Source: Bryobacteraceae bacterium
GTDB taxonomy: Bacteria; Acidobacteriota; Terriglobia; Bryobacterales; Bryobacteraceae
DNA length: 64,000 nucleotides
Direction: 5' to 3'
Assembly (NCBI GenBank): GCA_049518655.1
Contig: JBEKRO010000025.1
Location: 2,164 to 66,163 of the forward strand
A program made the position numbers and the translations under genes. A model generated the notes under the pieces. It was not told where the DNA came from. It was given only the letters and a program-made list of their open reading frames with translations, and did not search any database. Shown here piece by piece: positions 35,960-44,388 of the stretch (position 1 is the stretch's first letter; each line of letters begins with the position of its first letter).

Positions 35960-36207
35960 TTATAGTCGGGGCCTTCAACCTCTTCGATCAGCTCCCACGT
36001 CTTGTCGAGGTTATAGCCGGGCTTCAGGCCCATATCTTTTGCCTTGATTACGAAAGGCTCTGACGCACCTACCTTTTCCCGAGAGAACAATCCAAGCCGC
36101 AACGTCTCATTTACGGTTTCCTTGAAGGACTTGCCGGTTTTTCGCACCTCGGCTTCCAGCTTCGCGCGAACGTCGTCCTCCAATGTAATCGTCGTTCTGG
36201 TGGGCAC
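35956..36207 (-). CDS. vapB: VapB-type antitoxin (ribbon-helix-helix-like)
   Basis: The N-terminus TTITLEDDVRAKLEAEVRKTGKSFKETVNETLRLGL is RHH-like. It is coupled to the PIN gene. Confidence 0.7.
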   Translation of the reverse strand: MPTRTTITLEDDVRAKLEAEVRKTGKSFKETVNETLRLGLFSREKVGASEPFVIKAKDMGLKPGYNLDKTWELIEEVEGPDYK

Positions 36208-36245
36208 ATCTTGATGCTAGTCCGATAGCATCATGATGTCAAACC

Positions 36246-36875
36246 CTACCGCTCCGCCAGCCAAGCCAGGAACAAACCGTCTGGTGCCACGTCTTCCCAA
36301 TACGAAATCGGGCGGCTGGAAACCTTCGAGCAATACCGGGCGAGCAGTCTTTCCAGCTCCTTTCGGCCGAACCACTTCTCCCACTCGGGAGTTTTCAGCC
36401 GGCCCCATTGCTGAGAGTTTTTATCGATGATTACGATGCGTCCGCCGGGCTTGACCACGCGGCACATTTCGGCTACCGCCACATCGATCTCGACAGCATG
36501 TTCGAGCGATTCGGTGGCATAGACGCAGTCGAATGCGCCCGCTGGGAAGGGCAGGGCGGTCATTGATCCCGCGCAGGCGCTCACGCCCGTTGGCACATGC
36601 CGCAGCATCGCTTCCGACAGATCGAACCCAACGATGGATGCTCCCGAATAGCGCTCGGCGAGCACGCGCGCGAACCGTCCTTTGCCGCAGCCGACGTCCA
36701 GGACGCGCTTGCCGTTGAGATCCCCGAAATATTCGAGGATCAGTTGGACGTGGTAGATCCTCGGATCGATCGTGGTTGGAAAATTCTCTTCATCGGCCGC
36801 GGCTTCATTGAAGTGCCGCACGATCTCTTGCAACGGCACCACCGGTGCGGGAGGTCTCGCCTTTTTCCAGAACAT
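36246..36875 (-). CDS. class I SAM-dependent methyltransferase
   Basis: Motif I VLDVGCGKGRFA. Post-I FDLSEAML. Start overlaps the pfk stop (TGATG). Confidence 0.75.
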   Translation of the reverse strand: MFWKKARPPAPVVPLQEIVRHFNEAAADEENFPTTIDPRIYHVQLILEYFGDLNGKRVLDVGCGKGRFARVLAERYSGASIVGFDLSEAMLRHVPTGVSACAGSMTALPFPAGAFDCVYATESLEHAVEIDVAVAEMCRVVKPGGRIVIIDKNSQQWGRLKTPEWEKWFGRKELERLLARYCSKVSSRPISYWEDVAPDGLFLAWLAER

Positions 36876-38065
36876 CAGCCCCGGGTCAAGAAGATCGGAA
36901 GGCCAGTCTTGTTGGCGTAGTTCGGACGATAACGCTCGGTGTTGTACATGGTGGCGACGTCGACGTGCCGTGGACCCAGCGCTGGATCGGGAATCTGGGC
37001 CATCGCGTAACGGCCGTCCACCAACGCCGCCATCAAGCCGCTTTGATTATCGAGCACAGCCTCCAGCGCCATCGTTCCGAAAGTGGACGCCACCAGTTTG
37101 TCCACGAAATCGGGCACGCCGCTGCGCAGGTCATAGGTCAGGTCGCTCACGATCGTTTCTTCAGAACTGCGGCGCTGGATCTCTTCGGCCAGCGCTTCGG
37201 CAACGTTCTCCTTCTTGCGATGGCCGTAAGCGTCGGGCTCGCCGTATTCGCGGACCTGATAGCCCTCCCACTCCGCGCCTTCCGACAGAATCACCAAACA
37301 ATAATTGCTCGGATTGTTCTTCTTGTCGGTCATCAAGAGATCGATGAGCTTATCCAGATTGACCTTGTATTCCGGGATGCAACAGCGAATGGAAGCCACG
37401 TAGGCTGTGTACAGAGAGGTGAAGCCCGCATCGCGGCCGAAGACGCGAAAAATCCCGATGCGTTCGTGCGACCCCACCGTTGTCCGTTGCCGCGCGATAG
37501 CATCCGTCGCGCGCGTGATTGCGGTTGAGAAACCGATGCAATACTCGGTGTTGCGGACGTCGTTATCCATGGTCTTCGGCACCGCGATCACCTTTACGCC
37601 CATGGTGTGCAGGTTGGCGGCATAACTCAACGTGTCGTCGCCGCCGATTGCGATCAACGACGTGAGCCCCAGCGCTTCGATGTTCTTGAGGACCTGAGGA
37701 CTGATGTCGTACACCGTAGATGTCTTGCCGCCCTTGGTGACTTCCTTCTTCGGAAAATTTTGGTTTTGCAGAAAATCGGGGAGCTTCGACATCGACATCT
37801 TGGCAGGGTTTGTACGGCTGCTGTGCAAGACAGTGCCGCCGTAACGATCGATCGTGCGAGTATTCTCACGCGTCAAAGGCAGGATGTAGCGTGTCCTGCT
37901 TGTTACGTCATCCAACCGTACGTGTGTGAGCCCCTCCCAGCCGCGGCGAATACCCACTACTTCGCAGCAGTTTTCGGTGGCTCGGTAGGTAACTTCCTTG
38001 ATGACTGAATTAAGACCCGGAACGTCGCCGCCTCCGGTCAAAATGCCAATACGCTGAGTCGCCAT
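36875..38065 (-). CDS. pfk: 6-phosphofructokinase, residues suggest the PPi-dependent type
   Basis: Motifs IGILTGGGDVPGLN, IGGDDTLSYA, PKTMDNDV. Asp in GGDD and Lys in PKT are the residues associated with PPi-PFKs. Confidence 0.85.
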   Translation of the reverse strand: MATQRIGILTGGGDVPGLNSVIKEVTYRATENCCEVVGIRRGWEGLTHVRLDDVTSRTRYILPLTRENTRTIDRYGGTVLHSSRTNPAKMSMSKLPDFLQNQNFPKKEVTKGGKTSTVYDISPQVLKNIEALGLTSLIAIGGDDTLSYAANLHTMGVKVIAVPKTMDNDVRNTEYCIGFSTAITRATDAIARQRTTVGSHERIGIFRVFGRDAGFTSLYTAYVASIRCCIPEYKVNLDKLIDLLMTDKKNNPSNYCLVILSEGAEWEGYQVREYGEPDAYGHRKKENVAEALAEEIQRRSSEETIVSDLTYDLRSGVPDFVDKLVASTFGTMALEAVLDNQSGLMAALVDGRYAMAQIPDPALGPRHVDVATMYNTERYRPNYANKTGLPIFLTRG

Positions 38066-38158
38066 GGCCTATTTTACTCTAAGGCCACAATTAAGCTGGC
38101 CCCTCCGACCTGGGGTGGAGGCTGACCCCAAGCCGGAGCATGCGTCCAAACGATTCAG

Positions 38159-38560
38159 TTAACGGCGTCCGCCGCCGTGGCCGCCACCGCCGTGGAATCC
38201 ACCGCCGCCTCGGGCTGCACCGTGGAATCCGCTACCGCCGTAGCCATACCCACGGCCTGCATACCCACGGCCGCCGTAGTACCCGCGACCATAATAACCG
38301 CCCCAACCGCCGCCCCAATAGCCGCCATAGAATCCGCCATAATACGGATAGCCGTAGCCGTAAGCATATGGATATCCGTACGGATAGTAGTAGCCGGGAT
38401 AACCATAAGCATAGGGATACGGGTAACTGTACGCGTACGGGACGCCGATCCCGATGCCGAAACGCACCGCAGCGTCAGCTTTGGGTGCGCCGACAAACAT
38501 CATCATTCCTGCAAGCGCGAGAATCGGGAGACCCAGTTTCTTGAATGTGTTTTTTAACAT
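38159..38560 (-). CDS. secreted Tyr/Pro/Gly/Trp/Arg/His low-complexity protein
   Basis: ATG at 38560 is preceded by GGAAGG. Signal peptide MLKNTFKKLGLPILALAGMMMFVGAPKADA. The mature sequence is almost entirely YPY/GY/GW/GR/GH repeats. Confidence 0.65.
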   Translation of the reverse strand: MLKNTFKKLGLPILALAGMMMFVGAPKADAAVRFGIGIGVPYAYSYPYPYAYGYPGYYYPYGYPYAYGYGYPYYGGFYGGYWGGGWGGYYGRGYYGGRGYAGRGYGYGGSGFHGAARGGGGFHGGGGHGGGRR

Positions 38561-38716
38561 ATAAACCTTCCCGGAGGCTACTCCCATTGCCTCTCCACTA
38601 CATTGGATGCGGGGCACGGAACCGGGTTGCACTATGGTTAATAATTAGCTCGGGTCTTGATTTTTGCCAATTCTCCGCCTACGGAGCAGCTCATTCTCCC
38701 TAACGAGGAACCCTAA

Positions 38717-39215
38717 ATGAAAGTCAGTGATTCTCTGCTCCCTGAATTTGACCCGGAGATGGCAAACACCCGCAAGGTGCTAGAACGTGTGCCCGCCGCC
38801 AAGTTTTCCTGGAAACCGCATCCGAAGTCCTCCGAGTTTGGAGCGCTTGCGGCTCACCTGGCCAATATGCCCGATTGGGCCGGCCTAACCATGCAAAGCG
38901 ATTCCTTTGACTATGCTCCGCCAGGCGCGCCGCCTTACGAGACGCCGAAGTTCTCTTCGACTGATCAGTTGGTGGCGGCGTTCGATAAGAGCGTCGCTGA
39001 AGCGCGTGCCTCTCTTGTTGCAGCTGACGATGCCAAATTTCTTGCCCCCTGGACGTTGAAGGCCGGGGGGAAGGCGTTGATGACGATGCCGAGGGTGGCA
39101 GTGCACCTTCGTGATGAACCACACCATTCACCATCGCGCTCAACTGGGCGTGTATTTGCGCTTAAACGATATCCCGGTACCGGCGCTCTACGGTCCCACG
39201 GCGGACGAACAGTAG
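38717..39215 (+). pseudogene. DinB-family protein gene with an apparent +1 frame disruption near 39101-39105
   Basis: Frame 2 reads a DinB-like N-terminus up to MPRVAV. The conserved C-terminal motif TFVMNHTIHHRAQLGVYLRLNDIPVPALYGPTADEQ-stop is in frame 0 (stop 39213-39215). The listed ORF instead runs to 39265 with no family resemblance. Confidence 0.7.
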
Positions 39216-39220
39216 CAGCC

Positions 39221-40027
39221 TTAAAGCACGTCCGCGAAGCCACGCTTCAGGTGCCGGAAGAATAATCCGCCGGCGACGAATGCGGTGATGGCGTAGGCGG
39301 TGATGATGGCGAGCTCGTGCAGGCTGGGAATGCGATAAGAAAGCAGCCGGTCGCGATAGGCTTGCACCACGGAAGCCAGCGGGTTCAGATGCAATAAAAA
39401 TCGAAAACGCTGCGGGATCTGCTGCTCGCTGATGAAGATCGGCGTCACCCAAAACCAGAAAACCATGACCACCGCGAGCACTTGCGCCGTGTCGCGTAAG
39501 TAAACCTGGAGGCTCGCAACGATCCAGCCGACCCCAATTGCAAATAGCCCGACCAGTAACATGTAGATGGGCAGCATCATCATCCACATACTGAAGTGGC
39601 CCGTGATGATGCCGCGCCCGGTGATCACTAGGACCACCACCATCAAATGGCTCGCGAGCGACGAGAGAAAAATGGAAACGGGCACAATCTCGGCCGGAAA
39701 CACCGTCTTTGTGATCAGATTGGCATTGTCGACCATCGAGTTCGCCGAGCGTGTCACGGTGTCCTGGAAGAGCAACCAGGGCAGATAACCGCAAAAGAGA
39801 AATAACGGATAGCTCTGGGTTGGTTCGCCTGGCGGGACGTTTTGGTGCATGCACACCTGGAAGACGAATACCCAACTCGCTAACTGCACCAGAGGCAGGA
39901 TCAGCCCCCACATCCATCCAGCGGTGGAACCGATGAAGCGCTGTTCAAAATCGCGCCGGACCATTTGCAGCAGCAGCGTGCGCCGGTGAACCAGGTTGCG
40001 CGCGAAGTGCCGTCCGGGAAGTGTCAT
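39221..40027 (-). CDS. ABC-2 type exporter permease (Wzm/TagG/KpsM-like)
   Basis: [30 protein letters not shown]-terminal signature, six TM segments, [14 protein letters not shown] at 40027 is preferred over the listed 40222. Confidence 0.75.
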   Translation of the reverse strand: MTLPGRHFARNLVHRRTLLLQMVRRDFEQRFIGSTAGWMWGLILPLVQLASWVFVFQVCMHQNVPPGEPTQSYPLFLFCGYLPWLLFQDTVTRSANSMVDNANLITKTVFPAEIVPVSIFLSSLASHLMVVVLVITGRGIITGHFSMWMMMLPIYMLLVGLFAIGVGWIVASLQVYLRDTAQVLAVVMVFWFWVTPIFISEQQIPQRFRFLLHLNPLASVVQAYRDRLLSYRIPSLHELAIITAYAITAFVAGGLFFRHLKRGFADVL

Positions 40028-40059
40028 CGATTCTAAGAGTACTATGGGTGTTGAAGACG

Positions 40060-41058
40060 ATGAAAGCTTGCGTTCTTCGATCTCCCGCCCCGATTGAAAG
40101 CAATCCGCTTCAATACACGGATGTTCCCCAGCCCGTGCCATCCGCAACTCAAGTCCTGGTGCGCGTGAATGCGTGCGGCATTTGCCGGACCGATCTGCAC
40201 GTGATCGAGGGTGAGCTGGCATCGCGCAAATCGCCGATTACGCCGGGACATCAGGTGGTGGGCGTGATCGAAGCCGCGGGAGAGCGGGCGAAGCAGCACG
40301 CTGTTGGGACACGGGTGGGAATCGCGTGGCTGCACTCCACCGATGGCACATGTGAATATTGCCGCGCCGGAAAAGAAAACCTCTGCAACGATCCGGCGTT
40401 CACCGGCTGGACCGTGGATGGAGGTTATGCCGAGTACGCGCTGGCCGAAGAAAGCTTCGTCTATCCAATTCCAGAAGGCTTCGACGATCTCAAAGCCGCG
40501 CCGTTGTTGTGCGCGGGTATCATCGGCTTCCGGGCACTGCGGCTTTCCGCCATCGCGCGCGGCGGACGGCTGGGGCTGTATGGGTTTGGCGCCGCGGCCC
40601 ACGTTGCCATTCAAGTGGCTCGGCATTGGGGCGCTGAAGTCTATGCGTGTACGCGCGACGAGCGCCATCAGAGACTCGCGATCGAACTGGGAGCGGTATG
40701 GGCGGGCGGCACAGTGGCTGAGCCGCCGGCGAAACTCGATAGCGCCATCATCTTCGCGCCAGCCGGCGAGATCGTTCCCGCGGCCCTGAAAGCTCTGAAG
40801 AAAGGTGGAACGCTCGCGCTGGGCGGCATCCACATGAGTGAAATTCCGCCGCTCGATTACGATCTCCTTTATGGGGAGCGCGTGGTGCGCAGCGTCGCCA
40901 ACAATACCCGGCAGGACGGCCATGATTTCTTAAAGGTGGCCGCCGAGATCCCCGTCCATATCTCGACCGAAGTTTTTCCCCTCGAAGAAGCCAACCGGGC
41001 GCTTAATTCGCTGAAGAACGACGCCATCCGCGGCGCGGCTGTCTTGAAGATCCGCTAG
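40060..41058 (+). CDS. zinc-dependent alcohol dehydrogenase (MDR family)
   Basis: Motifs [19 protein letters not shown], and the structural-zinc Cys cluster [12 protein letters not shown]. Nucleotide-binding [10 protein letters not shown]. Confidence 0.85.
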   Translation: MKACVLRSPAPIESNPLQYTDVPQPVPSATQVLVRVNACGICRTDLHVIEGELASRKSPITPGHQVVGVIEAAGERAKQHAVGTRVGIAWLHSTDGTCEYCRAGKENLCNDPAFTGWTVDGGYAEYALAEESFVYPIPEGFDDLKAAPLLCAGIIGFRALRLSAIARGGRLGLYGFGAAAHVAIQVARHWGAEVYACTRDERHQRLAIELGAVWAGGTVAEPPAKLDSAIIFAPAGEIVPAALKALKKGGTLALGGIHMSEIPPLDYDLLYGERVVRSVANNTRQDGHDFLKVAAEIPVHISTEVFPLEEANRALNSLKNDAIRGAAVLKIR

Positions 41059-43253
41059 TTCTTCACGGCCAACTTCTGGCCGTAAAGCTTGCGATAGACA
41101 TCGGCGTTGCGCAACACGCTTTGCACGTAAGCGCGCGTTTCATTGAACGGAATACTCTCGACAAATTCGGAGGGCTCGCGATAGTTTGCCGCCGCCATCC
41201 AGGTGGTGACATGCGACTTGCCCGCATTGTAAGACGCCAACGCCGCCTCCCACTTGCCCTGCAGTTCATCGGAAAGCTGCTTCAGATAATAGGTGCCCAG
41301 CTTCAGGTTCGTATCCGGAGTGAACAGCATCGCGGTGCGGAAGCGAGGGATTCCCAGTTTCCGGCTGAGCTGGCGTCCGGTGGCCGGCATTACTTGCGCC
41401 AGGCCCCGCGCGTTGGCGCGCGAGATGGCCTTGGGATTGAACTCGGATTCCTGGCGAATCAGCGCCGCCATCAAATACGGATCCAGCATCTGCGCGCGGC
41501 AATATTCCTCCAGCGCCTTCCGATAGGGCATGGGGAAAGCCAGGCGCCAAAACTTTTCGGGCGCAGAGTCGAGAGACATGGAAAGATAGCCGGGTGCGTA
41601 GTGCTTGATATATCGAATGCCCTGGTCGGGAGCATCGCGCTGGGTAGCCAGATCGGCCAATTCGATCGCGATGACCTGCGGCTGGCCATCCACTTTCGCG
41701 CCGAAGCGAAGCTCGGCTTCCGACAGATCGTCCAGGCCCGCAATATCCAGTAAGTGTGCGCGCTCAATGCGCTGTTTGGTGAGCGGCGTCGGATCGAAGC
41801 TTTCCGGGGCCCGGCGGTTTACGATTTGAATCGCGCTGAGAAACTGCTCGGTGGCGGGCGATGGCGACGCGGCTAGAAGAGACGGAGTCTCCAGCCGCTC
41901 GCGCGCCTCGATGGCATAGTAATAGTTCGGGTATGCGTTATTTACTGCGTCATAGTAGGCGCGCGCCGATGCCCAATCGGACTTCGATTCCGCGATGCGT
42001 CCTAGGTAATAGAGCGCCGGGCTAGCTTGATCGGACGCTGTATAGCGCGTCAAATGCTCGCGCAGCATACCCTCGGCTTGCAGCGGATCGCGCAAGTACG
42101 TGTACCAGGTGACTTTCCAGTGACAAGCCGCCGACTGCGCATCGCTAGGAAATGACTCAAAGCAAGTTCGATACAGCGGCTGCGCGCCATCCGGCTGATC
42201 GTGGGCTACGTAGTAATTGCCCACCGCCACCAGCGCTTCCAGCCGCCAATGGGATTGCGGATACGATTGCCCGAGCTTTTCCAGCGTGGCGTTCATCTCA
42301 TCCAGCCGGTTCAAGCGGCGCTGGCATTCCAGCAGATAGTACAGCCGTTCGGCTTCCGCGTCGGGCGCGGTGGCCTGGAACGAGATCAGATACTTGTAAG
42401 CCGACTCGTTCTCTCTGGCCAGGTACGCCGCGGCGCCGATACGCACGCGCGCCAAATCGAAATTTTCGCCGCTCAGGCGCGGCAGCAGTTCGGTTAGTTC
42501 CTTTCCGGCTCGTGTGTAGTCCCCGCCAGCTTCCAGCTTCAGGGCTCGCGCAAACAGAGCCTCGGCCGGAATGCCGGGATAGCGAGCGAGTGCCGCTTCG
42601 GCGTCGGACGCTTCCTTCGACAGCGGATACTCGATGTAGATCTTTTGATAGTGCTGCGCGGCAGCGTCCCCATTATTTTGCGCCTCGTAAGCGCGGGCCA
42701 GCAGCAACTCCGCTTGGGGCGCGGACAAATCGGCCAGATGCTGCTGGACCAGCGCAGCGGCGCCCGCCGGATTGCCGCCTTGCAGATACGATTCAGCCTG
42801 CAACAGAACTGCTTTCGTCACCAGCGGAGACGCGGGCGTCGATCGCCATACCGGCTGCAACGCGGATTCGGTATCGATGAACTGTCTCAAGCCGGACTCA
42901 GCCACGGCGCTCAGGTACGCCACGTAATCGGCCAGCTCCGGCAAACGTTTCTCGGCCGCCTTCAAATGCGTAAGCGCGTCTCCAAATTGACGCTGATCGT
43001 CTTCGGTGGCGCCAAGCAGCAACAACGCCAGCGCGCCGTTTTTATCGATGCGATGCGTTTCGGCATAGCGCAGCACGGCCGCGCGGGTTGCGGAAGTGGG
43101 GGTCTGACGATAGCGATCGGCAACGGCCTCAAACGACTGCGCAGAGACAGTCATAGCGCAGACGCCAGCGGTTGCGGCTACGCGCCACACGCTAGACCAT
43201 CGGGCTCTATGCCATGGGACCGGAATAATCTTGACCCAAAACTTCAGCGTCAT
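41055..43253 (-). CDS. slt: soluble lytic murein transglycosylase (Slt70-like)
   Basis: Long TPR-like superhelical N-domain. SLT catalytic motif [30 protein letters not shown]. Confidence 0.8.
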   Translation of the reverse strand: MTLKFWVKIIPVPWHRARWSSVWRVAATAGVCAMTVSAQSFEAVADRYRQTPTSATRAAVLRYAETHRIDKNGALALLLLGATEDDQRQFGDALTHLKAAEKRLPELADYVAYLSAVAESGLRQFIDTESALQPVWRSTPASPLVTKAVLLQAESYLQGGNPAGAAALVQQHLADLSAPQAELLLARAYEAQNNGDAAAQHYQKIYIEYPLSKEASDAEAALARYPGIPAEALFARALKLEAGGDYTRAGKELTELLPRLSGENFDLARVRIGAAAYLARENESAYKYLISFQATAPDAEAERLYYLLECQRRLNRLDEMNATLEKLGQSYPQSHWRLEALVAVGNYYVAHDQPDGAQPLYRTCFESFPSDAQSAACHWKVTWYTYLRDPLQAEGMLREHLTRYTASDQASPALYYLGRIAESKSDWASARAYYDAVNNAYPNYYYAIEARERLETPSLLAASPSPATEQFLSAIQIVNRRAPESFDPTPLTKQRIERAHLLDIAGLDDLSEAELRFGAKVDGQPQVIAIELADLATQRDAPDQGIRYIKHYAPGYLSMSLDSAPEKFWRLAFPMPYRKALEEYCRAQMLDPYLMAALIRQESEFNPKAISRANARGLAQVMPATGRQLSRKLGIPRFRTAMLFTPDTNLKLGTYYLKQLSDELQGKWEAALASYNAGKSHVTTWMAAANYREPSEFVESIPFNETRAYVQSVLRNADVYRKLYGQKLAVKN

Positions 43254-44283
43254 CGTTTGCCAGCGTTCTCACCAGCTCGAGATGGAGATAGTCCACCATC
43301 GAGTCCGATGCGTTCAAAAACTCCCGGCGAAAAGCCTCGCGCGCGGAATCGATCTCTACTTTCAGTGACGTATATAGATCGTGCGCGGCGCGTCCATTCT
43401 TCACCTTTTCTGATTGATAAAGCCTAATCTGGGCCACCTGGACGCAGGCGAAGCGCTGGGCCCGTAAGTGAAGTTCCCTATCTTCCCGGCTAAGGGAAAA
43501 CCATGAGAGGATCTCAGGCTTTTGAGCCGGAGCAGCGGTTGGAGCCGTAATCGTAATCAGCCCGTCCACGGGCGCGACACGAGCGGGCCGTGCTGGCCGG
43601 GAGCCTAAAACCGCGCCGGCTATCGCCACCAGAAGCTCCAGCGCGTCAACGTCGATTTCGCCGGAGTCCGCGTACAGTACAGCGGGCACATCCTGCCGCG
43701 TGATCACCGGAAACAGATAGCACTTCGTGGTGTCCTGGCCGACATAACCGGCAACCGCCTCCGACAATTCGCTGGTGGTGCAGATCGCGACCAGGGTGTC
43801 GCGAGTTTCGACAGCAGTTGCAAATGCCGGCGCCGCATCGAGCGATACATCATCGGTCAGATCGACATCGTCGAAGTTGCGCGTAGTTTCGAGGTAGAGC
43901 TTGCGATCGCGAATCAAAAACAGCGCCGCGCGGCCGCAAAATCCTCGAGTGGCGTCCACTAGCGTGTTACTCCACTGCCGTTCGTCTTCGAAACCGCGCA
44001 GACGGCGCGCGATCTGGCTCAGCTTCTGGATCAGTTCACGGCGCGACGTTTCCGCTGAACGGCCAGCTTGTTGTATCCGAGCCTGAAGCGCATCCTGGTG
44101 CTCCTCCTCCAGGCGCGCAGCCAATCCGGCAACGGTCTCTTCCAGCGCCCGCTCCATGCGCTCCGGCCACTGCGCTTCCAGCACATCCCGGACGCGCTCG
44201 ATGTGCTCGCGCCAGGCGAGCGCCAACTGCTCCCGAACGATGTCGTTCGCATCGGCGAGCAGCTCGCTGGTGGCTTCATTCAT
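43207..44283 (-). CDS. coiled-coil plus GAF-like domain protein, unknown function
   Basis: 358-aa ORF. N-terminal helical region. The central GAF-like segment includes GRAALFLIRDRKLYLE and CYLFPVITRQDVPAVLYAD. Overlaps slt by 47 nt. Confidence 0.55.
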   Translation of the reverse strand: MNEATSELLADANDIVREQLALAWREHIERVRDVLEAQWPERMERALEETVAGLAARLEEEHQDALQARIQQAGRSAETSRRELIQKLSQIARRLRGFEDERQWSNTLVDATRGFCGRAALFLIRDRKLYLETTRNFDDVDLTDDVSLDAAPAFATAVETRDTLVAICTTSELSEAVAGYVGQDTTKCYLFPVITRQDVPAVLYADSGEIDVDALELLVAIAGAVLGSRPARPARVAPVDGLITITAPTAAPAQKPEILSWFSLSREDRELHLRAQRFACVQVAQIRLYQSEKVKNGRAAHDLYTSLKVEIDSAREAFRREFLNASDSMVDYLHLELVRTLANDDAEVLGQDYSGPMA

Positions 44284-44388
44284 GGAAAAACAGGTACCGC
44301 TACCATTGTATCGGAGGACCAGCGCTTACTACGTGCGCGGCTCAGCAAATCCGATCCAGTTACTGAGCCGCGACCAAAGGAAGCGGTC

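Noticed and set aside
38140-38557. Several ORFs on both strands across the Tyr/Gly repeat region (38140..38544 +, 38177..38557 +, 38155..38496 -)
   Set aside because: They are generated by the low-complexity repeat. Only the 38159..38560 minus frame has a signal peptide and an SD-like GGAAGG before its ATG.
39162-39917. 251-aa ORF overlapping the ABC-2 permease in another frame
   Set aside because: The permease frame shows six TM segments and the family N-terminal motif. The alternative frame is Arg/His/Pro-rich.
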